Positions 37,009 through 47,507 are shown, numbered from the stretch's first letter. The stretch: 64,000 nucleotides of DNA from an uncultured Haloferula sp. (GCA_965652295.1 CBFGTS010000001.1:1-64000), one strand, 5' to 3'. The notes: generated by a model not told the origin, from the letters alone. Made by a program: numbers and translations.

Positions 37009-38676
37009 TCAGTCGGCAAGGCCTTCGATCACGACCAGCGAGACGCCTTGGCGGGGGAGCTTGAAGCGCAACAGAGGCCGGCCCGCCGCATCCTTTGAAA
37101 GCCCGGGAGCATCGGTCGTGGCGAGTTTCGACGCCTCCAGCAGCTCGGCTTTCTGATCCGGCTCTGGTTCCTGCGGGGAACCCAGGGCTTTCCACACGGT
37201 GAAGGCATTGGAGTGGGTTTCATCCACCCGGTAGTGGGTGATGGCGTTGGTGGCGACCGATTCCAGCCCCTTCAAGGCGAGCCGGATGTCGGCATCAGGT
37301 CCGGGGAGGTCGTCGTCGTGATAATGCCACACGAAAATGCTGAGACGGTCGCCATCGCGCGTGGCCCGCACGCCGACATCGGGCTGATCGCGGACGCCTT
37401 TGTCGACGATCCGGTCGAGCGGCAGGTCGTGATCGCTCTCGGCGGGCAGTTGGCGGCCGCTCATTTTCGAGAACATCCGGAAAACGTTCAGCACCGGCTT
37501 GTTGATCCCGCCGGTGGACAGGGCACGGAACCCGGCGAACAGCGGCTCGTTCTCGAACTCGAAGGCCCAGGTCAGCGCGCCTTCGAGATTCACGCCATGC
37601 TTCTCCGCAAGGTCGAGCTTCCGCGGAAACGAAGCGGCGGTGTAGCTGGAATACATCGTGCCGTTGCGGTAGGCGAGATTCTCTCCCTGGCAGGCGGCGC
37701 AACCTTCCGGATCGGATTCACCAATGACGATCGGCAGGTCCTTGGTTTCGGGGAATTTGGCGATCACGGCGAAGGCGCGGTCGATGTCGCGGAGCTGGTT
37801 GGCGATCCCCATGCGGACATGACCGTCGACATGCTCCGGCGATCCTTTGGCATGGAAGGAAACGAAATCGAGGGGCGTGCCGGTTTCGCCGCTGGCGGCA
37901 TTCTTTCCTGTCAGACAGTGCCGGATGAAATTCTCCAGGAAATCCCCGCCGGGTCCGCCCGCCACATCGGGTCCACCGACCAAGGCGTTGGGAATCGCCC
38001 GGCGCACGGCATGGATGGCGTGGTCGTGCAGGCGGAAGAACTCCTCCCGGCTCCCCCTCCAGTAGCCGATGTTCGGTTCGTTCCAGGTCTGCCAATACCA
38101 CTGGCGGACCTCGTCCTCGCCGTAGCGTTCCTTGCAGTGGAGCGCCCATTGGAAAACCAGTTCCTCCCATTTCTCCCAGTCCTTCGGCGGGTAGGCCCAG
38201 CCGGTGTAGATTTCGTCGTATTTCGCCCGTGGGGTCCAGTGGTGGCGGTAGGGATGCGACTTCACCGACAGCGCCTCCGGCATGAAACCGAGCTGCACGT
38301 AAGGCCGCACGCCGTTTTCCCGGTAGGCGTCGAAGATGCCGTCGACGATCTCCCAGTCATAGATCGGGCGACCGCGGCCGTCCTCGCCATACATCCCGGT
38401 GGATCCCCACTTCAGCGCCGCGGTGCCGTCGCCCGAGGTCATCAGGTTGTGGGTGCGGAAGAAAACCTGGTCCGGTTTCATTTCGCCGAGGTCGCCGAGG
38501 AGCTTGTGGCCATCGGGCATGGTGGCGTAGTTCGGCTCGTCCGCACCGAAGAACCGCCAGATCGGCTTCACCGGACCGAGGTCGCCGGCGGCATCGACCG
38601 ACATCTCAACCGGAAAACCCTCCCCAGCGTGACAGAACGGAGCGAGCGCGAGAAAAGCGGGAAGGAAACGTTTCAT
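37009..38676 (-). CDS. Glycoside hydrolase family 39 (beta-xylosidase-like)
   Basis: Signal peptide; WRFFGADEPNY; RPYVQLGFMPEAL; YPPKDW; WNEPNIGYW (acid/base); LDFVSFHAKG; PIVIGESDPEGC (nucleophile); GINKPVLNVF. Confidence 0.93.
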   Translation of the reverse strand: MKRFLPAFLALAPFCHAGEGFPVEMSVDAAGDLGPVKPIWRFFGADEPNYATMPDGHKLLGDLGEMKPDQVFFRTHNLMTSGDGTAALKWGSTGMYGEDGRGRPIYDWEIVDGIFDAYRENGVRPYVQLGFMPEALSVKSHPYRHHWTPRAKYDEIYTGWAYPPKDWEKWEELVFQWALHCKERYGEDEVRQWYWQTWNEPNIGYWRGSREEFFRLHDHAIHAVRRAIPNALVGGPDVAGGPGGDFLENFIRHCLTGKNAASGETGTPLDFVSFHAKGSPEHVDGHVRMGIANQLRDIDRAFAVIAKFPETKDLPIVIGESDPEGCAACQGENLAYRNGTMYSSYTAASFPRKLDLAEKHGVNLEGALTWAFEFENEPLFAGFRALSTGGINKPVLNVFRMFSKMSGRQLPAESDHDLPLDRIVDKGVRDQPDVGVRATRDGDRLSIFVWHYHDDDLPGPDADIRLALKGLESVATNAITHYRVDETHSNAFTVWKALGSPQEPEPDQKAELLEASKLATTDAPGLSKDAAGRPLLRFKLPRQGVSLVVIEGLAD

Positions 38677-38725
38677 TCCAGCTACTCAAGATGCTCGGCC
38701 GGGATGAGGCGAGCACTTCCGCAGG

Positions 38726-39964
38726 TCAAATGGAGGAGGCCGCCGCGTGCAGCCATTCGCCCAGGACCTCGCGGAGGCGCCCGGGGCTGTGCATTCGGCG
38801 GTAGCCATCGAAATCCCGTGTAGGATCGGGACTCGCCAGCATGCGGCGGATCGCGTCCATCGCTTCGGGGGCATCGCCCTCGGCAATCGTTTCGCCGAGG
38901 CGGTACTGTTCCACCCGGCCGCCGATGCATTCCCCCCGGGTGGCGATCACCGGGATATTGAAAGCCGCCGCTTTGCCCAGTGTGCCACTGCTTCCTGCGA
39001 AATCGAGATAGGCTGCCCAGGCAATGTCGAAAGCCTGGAAGAGGGCGTTGAACTCCGGCTCCGTCGCGATCCGCGGCGCGGTGGGATCGAAGTGGATGTG
39101 ATCGATCTCGCCCGACTGGATCCTGCTCGCGATGTCATTGATCCGGGCCTGTTCCTGCGCATCGAACTCGTTGCGATCGCACACCCCGGCGAACACGAAA
39201 TACCAAGGGAGTCCCTGCTCGCCGGCCTGCAGGGCCACGTCGAGCATCGTCAGCATCCCCTTCCGGCGCTCCAGGCCGATGAGCCCGATGATTTTCCTGC
39301 CTCCGGCTTTCTTGCGGATCTCAGAGACGAGTTCGGGCTCGGTTCCGGGCAGCTCGGCGAGCGTCACGTCCGGGAAAGGGGTCACCGGCTTGCCGATGTG
39401 GGCGGCGAGCGGTTCGGCGTAACGCTCGTCGAGCACACCGATGCCGCGGCACAGCGGGGAGCGCATCAGCGCGTCGCCCTTCGCCAACAGGCGGGCGGTG
39501 CGGAGCATGGGATTGGCGGAGTCCCGGTAGTGGTGGTTGCGGAGGTAAAGCCCGCCCCATGGCAAGCCGATGGTCGAGGCGGGCACCTCGGGCAGGGGGA
39601 GAAAGCGGAGGTAGGTATCGACGTAGGGGAAGTAGACGGCGTCGATCACGCTGCTACTGGATGTCTCGTAGAGATTGATGGCCTTGGCCGCCTGCTGCCA
39701 GCGGTCGAGGGTGTGGTAGGGATCGCCCTCGAAGCGGCCGTTGAAAAGCGAACGCTTGGCCGGAGGAACCGCATGGGTGTCCCAACCGGTGTCCGAGGCG
39801 GCGGCCAGACGGATCTCCCGCGCTCCGGCTTCCGGGTCCGGGCAGAAGCCGGTGAGGCGGGCACCCAGATCGAGAAACGCGGCGGCGAACTGCCCGAAGT
39901 ACATCGGGTGATGTCCTCCCCAGAGGGGGTCGATCAGCGCGACGTGAGGAGGTGGGTGGCTCAT
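38726..39964 (-). CDS. Glycosyltransferase (GT-B fold, GT4-like)
   Basis: Start MSHPPPHVALIDPLWGGHHPMY; IGLERRKG; SSGTLGKAAAFNIPVIAT. The 5' extension in the ORF track overlaps the upstream gene and is spurious. Confidence 0.78.
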   Translation of the reverse strand: MSHPPPHVALIDPLWGGHHPMYFGQFAAAFLDLGARLTGFCPDPEAGAREIRLAAASDTGWDTHAVPPAKRSLFNGRFEGDPYHTLDRWQQAAKAINLYETSSSSVIDAVYFPYVDTYLRFLPLPEVPASTIGLPWGGLYLRNHHYRDSANPMLRTARLLAKGDALMRSPLCRGIGVLDERYAEPLAAHIGKPVTPFPDVTLAELPGTEPELVSEIRKKAGGRKIIGLIGLERRKGMLTMLDVALQAGEQGLPWYFVFAGVCDRNEFDAQEQARINDIASRIQSGEIDHIHFDPTAPRIATEPEFNALFQAFDIAWAAYLDFAGSSGTLGKAAAFNIPVIATRGECIGGRVEQYRLGETIAEGDAPEAMDAIRRMLASPDPTRDFDGYRRMHSPGRLREVLGEWLHAAASSI

Positions 39965-39972
39965 CGGAGGAG

Positions 39973-41136
39973 TCAGGATTGGCAGAGGGCGGCGGCCAGG
40001 GTGGTGCCGCGGTCGCTCCAGTGAAACGCGTCCCGGCACCGTTCCAGAGCGGTCCGGGCGTGGCGGTTGAGCAGGTCGAGGTCGTCGATGGAGGAGGCGA
40101 TCTTGGCAGCGAGTTCGGCGGTGGTGGACGCGGCGATCGCCCCGTCGTCCGCGCCCACGGGCAGGCCCGAGAGAGCGCTCCCGATCGAGGCCAGAGGCAG
40201 GCCGCGGAAGATGTAGTCGAGCGCCTTCAGCTTGAAGCCGCCGCCGAGCGCCTCCGGGATCAGGCCGAGGCGGGCGTCGCACAGATAGGGATTCATCGAG
40301 GGCACGTTGGCGTCGAACTTCGCCCACGGGTAACGCTGGGAGAGCGCTTGGAAATATCCGGCGTCCGCCTTGCCCACGATCTGGAATTCGATACCCGCAG
40401 CCGGGAAATGGCGGTCCGCGTCGGCGAGGAAAGCCTCCAGGTTCCGGCGTTTCGCCAGCCATTCGAAGGTCCCGGCGAGCACCACCTTGCGGGGCGTGTC
40501 CGCGGTGATTTCCGGCGGCGGGCCGGGAGGGATCGCGCCCTCGAAGCCGGGCGGCAGCTGGAGGTAGTTCTTGTGCGGAAACGTCCGTCGGAAGGCCGAC
40601 TCGTCGCGCGGGGTGATCGCCGAAATCCACCGTGCGTGGGCGCAGAGCTTTGACTCCAGCCGACCGTATTTCCAGGCATCGAACCGGTAGAGCGGCGCGG
40701 TGAGCCCGCGGCTGTCGGCAGCGGTTTCGGCCCGCACCACCGCCTCGTGATTGTGGGCGAGGTAAAGGATCGGCAGATTCGGCGGAATCAAGTCCACAGC
40801 CCAGCCGCAGGCGGCCTGATCGATCACCACCCGCTGGAAATCCTTCTCCGCCAACAGCTCGCGCAGCCGCCGACGCATCGCGCGGCTGCCCATCCGGTGG
40901 GCGTCCGAAGGCAGCGGGGAAATGAGGCTGGCCACCGACTTCGCGGGCATGAAGCAGGGCAGCTCGAAGGTGACGTTTTCGATTTCCTCCGCCTCGCAGC
41001 GGTCGCGGTGGGCGAGCACCGTCAGCTCGACCCCGCCGGTCGCCGCGAACGCGCGGATCAGCCCGAGCGAATAGATGAGGTCCCCCGCGTTGGCGGCGCG
41101 GGGTTCCTGGCGGGTGATCCAGAGAACGCGCGTCAT
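39973..41136 (-). CDS. Glycosyltransferase family 4
   Basis: YLAHNHEA; VVLAGTFEWLAKRRNL; LGGGFKLKALDYIFRGLP; FHW near the C-terminus. Confidence 0.85.
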   Translation of the reverse strand: MTRVLWITRQEPRAANAGDLIYSLGLIRAFAATGGVELTVLAHRDRCEAEEIENVTFELPCFMPAKSVASLISPLPSDAHRMGSRAMRRRLRELLAEKDFQRVVIDQAACGWAVDLIPPNLPILYLAHNHEAVVRAETAADSRGLTAPLYRFDAWKYGRLESKLCAHARWISAITPRDESAFRRTFPHKNYLQLPPGFEGAIPPGPPPEITADTPRKVVLAGTFEWLAKRRNLEAFLADADRHFPAAGIEFQIVGKADAGYFQALSQRYPWAKFDANVPSMNPYLCDARLGLIPEALGGGFKLKALDYIFRGLPLASIGSALSGLPVGADDGAIAASTTAELAAKIASSIDDLDLLNRHARTALERCRDAFHWSDRGTTLAAALCQS

Positions 41137-42323
41137 TCGGTGAGGATGCGTTCGAATTGATCGGTGATCGGCGAGATGCGGAAGGTCGATTCCGCATACT
41201 CACGGGCCTTGGCACCCAGCGTGGCGCGCAGCTCGGGGGACTGACGCAGGGTCGATGCTGCTTCCAGAAATCCCTCCTGATCTCCCGGCTCGACGCTCAG
41301 GCCGCTGCCACTTTCCCGGGCGATGCGGGCGGCGAGGTTGGCGGACGGGACCGCCATCAGTAGCGGACGCCCGGCGCAGTGGTAGGCGAGGATTTTCGAG
41401 GGTACGGAAAACACGCCGGCCTCTTCCTCCAGCAAGGCCATGAGAACATCGCCGCTTCCGAGCACCTCCGGCAGATCCTCGAAAGGCTGGTAGGGCAGGA
41501 TCAACAGGTTCCCGAGGTCCGCACCTTCGCGCTTCAACCAATCGGCCCCCAGGCCTTCGGAAATGACGACCACCCGCACGGCGGGGTCGTCGCGGTGCCG
41601 CTGCGCCAGCTCCAGCAGCATCGCCGGGTTGTGCTTCATGCCGATCGTTCCGGTGTAGAGGAAGACGAACTTGTCGTGCAGCCCATGTCGCCGCGACCAG
41701 CCGTTGTCCTTCTCGGTCTGCGGAAGGTCCTCGATGACCGCCCAGTTCGGGACCACATCCACACGGTGGGCATCGACTCCGAATTCCGCCTCGAGGATCG
41801 GGTTGAAGTCCTCGGTGATCGTCACGATGCGATGGCTTTCGCGGAACTGCTTCAGGTCGAGATGCCGGTAGTAGCGTCCCAGCAGCCCGCCGATGACCGG
41901 GATCTTGTCCTTGAGCAGCCGCTCCACGGCGAGGCTATAGAAATCCTGCACCCAGTAGCAGAACCGGGCACCGCCGGCGACCGTGGCTTTGACGATCGGT
42001 CCCTGGGTTTCGGTCGGGGTGTTGCCGGAAAGCACGACTTCCGGCTTCCACGCGCGGATGAACTCCGCGACGCGTTTGCCGTAATCCACCTCCATCCGCC
42101 GCCTGCGGATGAAGGAGTACTTGTAGCGCGGGTATTCCGGATCCATGGCGATCTCGCGGAATTCCACCGACGCTGGATCGTCGGCGCGGCGCTTCAATGC
42201 GCCCCGCGGGGTTTGCAAGGAACTGGCGAAAGCGTGGACAACCTCGTGACCACGCCTGGAAAGCTCGCGGCTCAGGGCAGGGGCAAAGGGATGTCCCGCG
42301 TAGTCGTGGACTACGATTCTCAT
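41133..42323 (-). CDS. Glycosyltransferase family 4 (WcaI/CapM-like)
   Basis: HDYAGHPF; YWVQDFY; VVPNWA; FLYTGTIGMKH; FSVPSKILAYHCAGRP; GLSVEPGD. Confidence 0.9.
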   Translation of the reverse strand: MRIVVHDYAGHPFAPALSRELSRRGHEVVHAFASSLQTPRGALKRRADDPASVEFREIAMDPEYPRYKYSFIRRRRMEVDYGKRVAEFIRAWKPEVVLSGNTPTETQGPIVKATVAGGARFCYWVQDFYSLAVERLLKDKIPVIGGLLGRYYRHLDLKQFRESHRIVTITEDFNPILEAEFGVDAHRVDVVPNWAVIEDLPQTEKDNGWSRRHGLHDKFVFLYTGTIGMKHNPAMLLELAQRHRDDPAVRVVVISEGLGADWLKREGADLGNLLILPYQPFEDLPEVLGSGDVLMALLEEEAGVFSVPSKILAYHCAGRPLLMAVPSANLAARIARESGSGLSVEPGDQEGFLEAASTLRQSPELRATLGAKAREYAESTFRISPITDQFERILTE

Positions 42324-42401
42324 CGGGGGTGGGGGGGGAGGGCCGGCAGAATACAAAAACGCGTAACCCACGCAACCGCCCCGGGGCTACGTGATCGCGG
42401 A

Positions 42402-43265
42402 TCACTCCTCCTCCGCCGGCGCGTCGTCGGGGTCCTCCGCCGGGGCTTCCGTGGCCGGGTCCTCGGGGGCGAGCGTCGCCATCCACGCATCGAACAGTTC
42501 CTTCCTGGCGGCCGCGATGGCTTCCACTTCCCGGGGCTCGAGGAAAACCGGCAGCACCTTCTTCAGGCCGTCATCGATTTTCTTCCACTCCTCCTCGAAC
42601 CGCTCCGGGGCCGTCCCGGTGGCATGGAAAGGCAGCGCCTCGGGTGAATTCCAGTCCATGCCGCCGATCGTCATGCGGATCTGGTGGAGCGCCTCGATGA
42701 AGCGGGCTTCCTTGGTTTTCGTCAGCGTCGCGCCCTGCACCGAGAGATACGGCGCCAGTTGACGATAGAGGTCGCGGTCGGGCTGCATGGAAAGCCCTGC
42801 CCGCAGCGCGGCGAGATCGTCCTCGTTCTGGAAAAATTCCCGCAAGGCCGTGTCGGTCTCCTCCTCGGCTTCGCGCATCCGGGTTTCATACGCCATCCGC
42901 TCGCCCACCGGTGCGGCCAGCCACGCCGCGGCCAGTTCCTGCTGCTGCATGCGGAGGCCGGAGATCAGGCCATCGACGTAGACCTGCTCGGTGGAGTTCA
43001 GCCCGAGATCGAGGTAGAGATCAGCGCGATCGCTTGTCGCCAGTGCCTGGATCTGTTCGTCGGTCGGCTCGGGGAAATCGGGCGGAAGCTGACGGCTGGC
43101 GGCGACCTCCGGAGCCGGCGGCTCTGCCATGGCATCGACCTCGGCCGCGCGCAGCGAGCGCAGGTCTTCGAGTTCGATGCGAAGGTTCCGGATCCGCGTT
43201 TCCTCGACCACCACGGTCGCGAGCACGGCGATGACAACGAGCGAAAGGGTGGCGGCAGGCTTCAT
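42402..43265 (-). CDS. Hypothetical membrane-anchored helical protein
   Basis: MKPAATLSLVVIAVLATVVV N-terminal anchor, then a coiled-coil-like region; codon use is host-like. Confidence 0.65.
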   Translation of the reverse strand: MKPAATLSLVVIAVLATVVVEETRIRNLRIELEDLRSLRAAEVDAMAEPPAPEVAASRQLPPDFPEPTDEQIQALATSDRADLYLDLGLNSTEQVYVDGLISGLRMQQQELAAAWLAAPVGERMAYETRMREAEEETDTALREFFQNEDDLAALRAGLSMQPDRDLYRQLAPYLSVQGATLTKTKEARFIEALHQIRMTIGGMDWNSPEALPFHATGTAPERFEEEWKKIDDGLKKVLPVFLEPREVEAIAAARKELFDAWMATLAPEDPATEAPAEDPDDAPAEEE

Positions 43266-43531
43266 GAACGGGCGCAGGTTGCCGTAATCCGCGGGGGACT
43301 GCAAGCCGCCGCGGAAAGGCTGGGGCGAGAACCCGGCAGGAGTGGCGAGTAACGGGGAAAAAGGAGAAAGTGGCAAGGCGAGCGGCCGGGCGATCAAGGC
43401 TCAGGTAGTGTGCCCGGATCTTTATCCTGCCTATCCTATGGATTCCCTCCCGGCTTGATCACCCCGCGTGCCGGGGCGGTGGAATTCTCTTGTGTTGTGT
43501 TAGGGAACGAATAGTTGAAATCCATCATCCA

Positions 43532-44161
43532 ATGAAAAAAGTCCTTTCGGGGGTCCTCCTCCTCATGACGTGGGCGAATTCGGCTCCCGCTGCCATTGTT
43601 CACAGCGGGTTACAAAACCTGTCGGTCTCGGCAGTGGACCTCGAAGGGGTTTATATCAACTTCGAAACGGGTGAGATCGCGGCCCTGTTTCCCGATGACT
43701 TCTACGAGAAACCCTGGATCAACATCACCTTGGGAGGCTATGGGATTTTCAACGCCGATGTCCTGCGGCCCATCGCGGTGACGGGCGGGGCGAGCTACGA
43801 TCCGGATGCGTTGACGGATCACTACGTCAACGTTCCCGAGAGGACGACGATCGATGTGTCATCCCTGTTCGTCGTGGATGGCTGGGCCTCCCAGAACCAC
43901 ATCGGCAGTTCCGGCGATCCCGACAAGTTCGTGGTGGGCGAAGCGGGGTTCCTCGCCTTCGTGTTCACGAACACGGACAGCTCGACCACCCACTACGGTT
44001 GGTTGCAGTTCGTTCCCGGGAACGATTCGGGAACGATCGTGGACTGGGCATTTGAAGATGTGCCGGACGCGTCGATCCAGGTCGGGGCGGTTCCCGAGCC
44101 ATCGATGCTTTTCACTGCGGCGCTGTCGGTGGCGGGCCTGCTTTCCAGACGCAGGCGTTGA
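43532..44161 (+). CDS. PEP-CTERM sorting domain protein
   Basis: Signal peptide; HYGWLQF...IVDWAFED...IQVGA-VPEPS, then a TM segment and RRRR. Confidence 0.92.
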   Translation: MKKVLSGVLLLMTWANSAPAAIVHSGLQNLSVSAVDLEGVYINFETGEIAALFPDDFYEKPWINITLGGYGIFNADVLRPIAVTGGASYDPDALTDHYVNVPERTTIDVSSLFVVDGWASQNHIGSSGDPDKFVVGEAGFLAFVFTNTDSSTTHYGWLQFVPGNDSGTIVDWAFEDVPDASIQVGAVPEPSMLFTAALSVAGLLSRRRR

Positions 44162-44175
44162 GCCCCGTCATTTTT

Positions 44176-44305
44176 GGAGGGGGGACGCCCTCGTCCCCCA
44201 ACAGAGGCGCCGGCCTCCGGTGTTGGTGAAACGAAGCACCTCCCGCTGCCGGCCTCATCGGCCCTCCGTGCTGCAAGGGCTGCGGCACGAGGGCGTGCCG
44301 CCTCC
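44176..44305. repeat. Inverted pair of GGAG-type REP palindromes
   Basis: 44176-44200 (+) reads GGAG-GGGGGACG-CCCT-CGTCCCCC-A; 44281-44305 (-) reads GGAG-GCGGCACG-CCCT-CGTGCCGC-A. Confidence 0.8.
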
Positions 44306-46605
44306 TATTTCTTCTTCGCCTGGCCCATCGCCTGGCTGAACCAGTCGTTGCCACCGGCGGAGGGAGGACGCGGGTCGCGGCGTGGCGGGCGCGGGCCCCG
44401 ATCATTACCACCCCCGCCGTTGGAACGGCGGGGTTCCATGTCGGGCGCGGATTTCATCGAAAGCGAGATCCGGTTCCGCGGGATGTCCACCTCAAGCACG
44501 GTGACGTTCACCTTCTGCCCGACTTTCACGACCTCGGCCGGGTCGCGCACGAAATTGTCGGAAAGCTGGCTGACGTGGACCAGCCCGTCCTGGTGGACGC
44601 CGACATCGACGAAGGCACCGAAGGCGGCGACGTTGGTGACGATGCCGGGAAGCTTCATCCCGGGCGAGAGATCGGAGGGCTTCTCGACGCCTTCGGCGAA
44701 AGAAAATGCCTCGAACTGCTTCCGCGGGTCGCGGCCGGGCTTGGCCAGCTCGGCGAGGATGTCTTGGAGCGTCGGCAGCCCGACCTCCTCATCGACATAC
44801 TTCTTCAAATCGATCTTCTTCCGCAACTCGGCGCTGGTCAGCAGGTCGGCGACTTCACAGCCGAGATCCGCGGCCATTTTCTCGACCAGTCCGTAACGTT
44901 CCGGGTGGACCGCGGAGGCGTCGAGCGGGTGTTCGCCATCGCGCACGCGGAGGAAACCGGCGGCCTGCTCGAAAGCTTTTTCGCCGAGCCGCGGGACGCT
45001 TTTCAGCTCGGCGCGCGATTTGAACCCGCCCTTCTCGGTGCGGAAGGCGACGATGTTCTCGGCGAGCGTCGCGTTCAGTCCGGAAACGTAGGCGAGGAGC
45101 TGCTTGGAGGCGGTGTTCAGCTCGACACCGACGGCGTTCACCGCGCTTTCCACGGTGTCGTCGAGGCTGGTCTTCAGCAGGCGCTGATCCACATCGTGCT
45201 GGTACTGGCCGACGCCGATCGACTTCGGATCGATCTTCACCAGCTCGGCGAGCGGGTCCATGAGCCGGCGGCCGATCGAAACCGCGCCGCGCACGGTGAC
45301 GTCCTCGTTGGGAAACTCCTCGCGGGCGGCCTCCGAAGCGGAGTAGATCGAGGCGCCGGATTCGTTGACCATGATGATCTGGATCGAGGCGGGCAGCTTG
45401 AGCTTGCGGACGAAGGTCTCCGTCTCGCGGCTGGCGGTGCCGTTGCCGATCGCGATGGCTTCGATCTTGTATTGGCCGACCAGCTTGGTGAGTTCCACGG
45501 CGGCCTCGTAAAGCTGGTTGTTCGAGCCGGCGGTGGCGTGGAGCACGGTGTGGTGGAGCAGCGCGCCCTGGGCGTCGAGCACGACGGTCTTGCAGCCGGT
45601 GCGGAAGCCGGGGTCGATCGCGAGCGTGCGCTTGCGGCCGAGCGGCGAGGCGAGGAGCAGTTCGCGGAGGTTGTCGGCGAAGACGCGGATCGCGGTTTCA
45701 TCGGCGGCCTTCTTCCCGGCGAGACGCATTTCGGTTTCCATCGAGGGCATCAGCAGGCGCTTGCAGCCGTCCTCGACCGCCTGGCGGACCTGCTCGCCGG
45801 CGGGGCCGGTGGTTTTCACCCAGTCAGGGATCGCCTCGTTGGCGACGCGGTCGAGCGGGACATCGACCCGCATGATCAGGAAGGCTTCCTTTTCGCCGCG
45901 GCGGATTGCCAGCATGCGGTGGGACGGGATGGTCTTGAAGGGCTCGCTCCAGTCGAAGTAGTCGCGGTATTTCGCGGCGTCCTTGTCCTCGTCCTTTCCA
46001 TACATCACACGGGAGGAAACGGTGGCCTCGCTTTCGTAAATGCGGCGCACGCGGCCGCGCAGGTCGGCATCGTCCGCCACGCGCTCGGCGATGATGTCGC
46101 GCGCGCCGGCGAGCGCTTCCCCGGCATCGGCCACCTCCTTTTCGGCGCCGACGTATTTCGCGGCCTCCTCGGCGGGGTCGGCGCTCTGGTTTTCCAGCAG
46201 CCAGTCGGCGAGCGGTTCGAGGCCCTTTTCCTTCGCCTTGGTCGCGCGCGTCTGGCGCTTCGGGCGGAAGGGGGCGAAGATGTCCTCCAGCTTCGCCATC
46301 GTGTCGGCGGCGGCGAGTTTCTTCTTCAGCTCGTCGGTGAGCAGGCTGCGTTCTTCGAGCGACTTGAGGATGGAAACGCGGCGGCCGTCGAGTTCGGCGA
46401 GCTGCACCATGCGGTCGCGGACGGCCTGGATCTGGACTTCGTCGAGCGAGCCGGTGGCTTCCTTGCGGTAGCGGGAAATGAAGGGGACGGTGGCGCCTTC
46501 CGCGAGCAGCTTGGCGGTCGAGGCGACCGAGTTGACGTGGATGCCGGTCTCGGCGGCGATCTTGGCGATGTGGGCGGCGGCGGCTTGGGTCGGGACGTCG
46601 GACAT
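44305..46605 (-). CDS. tex: Tex-family RNA-binding transcription accessory protein
   Basis: EGATVPFISRYRKEATGSLDE; IDPGFRTGCK; IAIGNGTASRETE; ESGASIYSAS; DPLAELVKIDPKSIGVGQYQHDV; C-terminal S1 domain (AFGAFVDVGVHQDGLVHVS). Confidence 0.97.
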   Translation of the reverse strand: MSDVPTQAAAAHIAKIAAETGIHVNSVASTAKLLAEGATVPFISRYRKEATGSLDEVQIQAVRDRMVQLAELDGRRVSILKSLEERSLLTDELKKKLAAADTMAKLEDIFAPFRPKRQTRATKAKEKGLEPLADWLLENQSADPAEEAAKYVGAEKEVADAGEALAGARDIIAERVADDADLRGRVRRIYESEATVSSRVMYGKDEDKDAAKYRDYFDWSEPFKTIPSHRMLAIRRGEKEAFLIMRVDVPLDRVANEAIPDWVKTTGPAGEQVRQAVEDGCKRLLMPSMETEMRLAGKKAADETAIRVFADNLRELLLASPLGRKRTLAIDPGFRTGCKTVVLDAQGALLHHTVLHATAGSNNQLYEAAVELTKLVGQYKIEAIAIGNGTASRETETFVRKLKLPASIQIIMVNESGASIYSASEAAREEFPNEDVTVRGAVSIGRRLMDPLAELVKIDPKSIGVGQYQHDVDQRLLKTSLDDTVESAVNAVGVELNTASKQLLAYVSGLNATLAENIVAFRTEKGGFKSRAELKSVPRLGEKAFEQAAGFLRVRDGEHPLDASAVHPERYGLVEKMAADLGCEVADLLTSAELRKKIDLKKYVDEEVGLPTLQDILAELAKPGRDPRKQFEAFSFAEGVEKPSDLSPGMKLPGIVTNVAAFGAFVDVGVHQDGLVHVSQLSDNFVRDPAEVVKVGQKVNVTVLEVDIPRNRISLSMKSAPDMEPRRSNGGGGNDRGPRPPRRDPRPPSAGGNDWFSQAMGQAKKK

Positions 46606-46660
46606 GGGTGTGGGCGGGAAACTAGGCAGGCCGCGTCCGGCGTGGCAAGCGGTGGGGGGT

Positions 46661-46717
46661 GGGAACGCGAGCTTCAGCTCGCCCGGCCATATGAGCGAGC
46701 TGAAGCTCGCGTTCCAA
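46661..46717. repeat. REPIN 1 (inverted REP doublet)
   Basis: GGAAC-GCGAGC-TTCA-GCTCGC, a 12-nt spacer, then the inverted copy; abuts the RAYT stop codon. Confidence 0.9.
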
Positions 46718-47326
46718 TCATGGATCGGGCTGCCACGCCACTCCGGCAGAGGAGAAAGGCCAGTCGGCGGGCTCGGTGCAGAGGCTTGCTTTGACCGGAT
46801 TGTCCCGGATGTAGCACTTGGCGCGGTGGTAGTGCTGTTCGTTGCGGATAAAGCGGTCGAAGAAATCGCGGGACCAGAGCGGCCCTTCGCGGCCGAGAAC
46901 CCGGTTGATCTTGAACGACGAGCTGCCTTTCCAGCGGTGGGTGATGTCGCCCAGGCGATGACCGTCCGTCACGCGGATCATGACGTGAACGTGGTTGGGC
47001 ATGATGCACCAGTCGTGGAGGCGGTAGCTCTTGCCGTGATCCTGGATCAGGATTTCCTGAACCACGCCGGCAGCCTCGGGTAGGGCGAGGATGCAGCTTC
47101 CGCGGCCCGCGTCCTCGTACTTCGCGATGCGGCGGTGGAGCTGAAGGATGGCTTCGTTGCGAAGGGTGGTATCGCGTGAGTCCAATTCGACAGCAAGCTC
47201 CTTGCGCCACTTGAGGATGACTTCCTTGGGGACGGAATCGGCCAGGCGGAAAGTGATCGCCTGGAGCGAGTTGGCGTAATCGCGGTGGGGAAGATAGCCG
47301 CGGGTGTAGGTGCCACGATGGTCCAT
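46718..47326 (-). mobile_element. REP-associated tyrosine transposase (RAYT, Y1/HUH IS200-like)
   Basis: RGYLPH; ITFRLADS; WCIMPNHVH (HUH); WKGSS; LWSRDFFDRFIR; YIRDNPVKA (catalytic Tyr); WPFSSA. REPINs flank both sides. Confidence 0.92.
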
Positions 47327-47337
47327 GATCTGCGGGA

Positions 47338-47397
47338 ATTGGAACGCGAGCTTCAGCTCGCCCGTGGATGGTAGCGAGCTGAAGCTCGCGTTCCAAT
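47338..47397. repeat. REPIN 2
   Basis: ATTGGAACGCGAGCTTCAGCTCGC-CCGTGGATGGTA-GCGAGCTGAAGCTCGCGTTCCAAT. Confidence 0.9.
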
Positions 47398-47507
47398 GCG
47401 GATGACACCAGGCCCGGATGATCGGAGTGAAAAGTGGGCTTCAGCCGACACCTGCGTGGCGCGCTCCGGCGTTGTCTGCGGAAGACGGCGGTCCGATAGT
47501 GGGAGCC

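Noticed and set aside
38726..41215. 829-aa ORF as one protein
   Set aside because: The first 417 codons overlap the GT4 gene at 39973-41136 in another frame and are Arg/Pro-rich noise; the real start is 39964.
46718..47326. IS200/IS605 insertion sequence with tnpB
   Set aside because: There is no tnpB, and the flanking REPINs and sequence motifs fit a RAYT.
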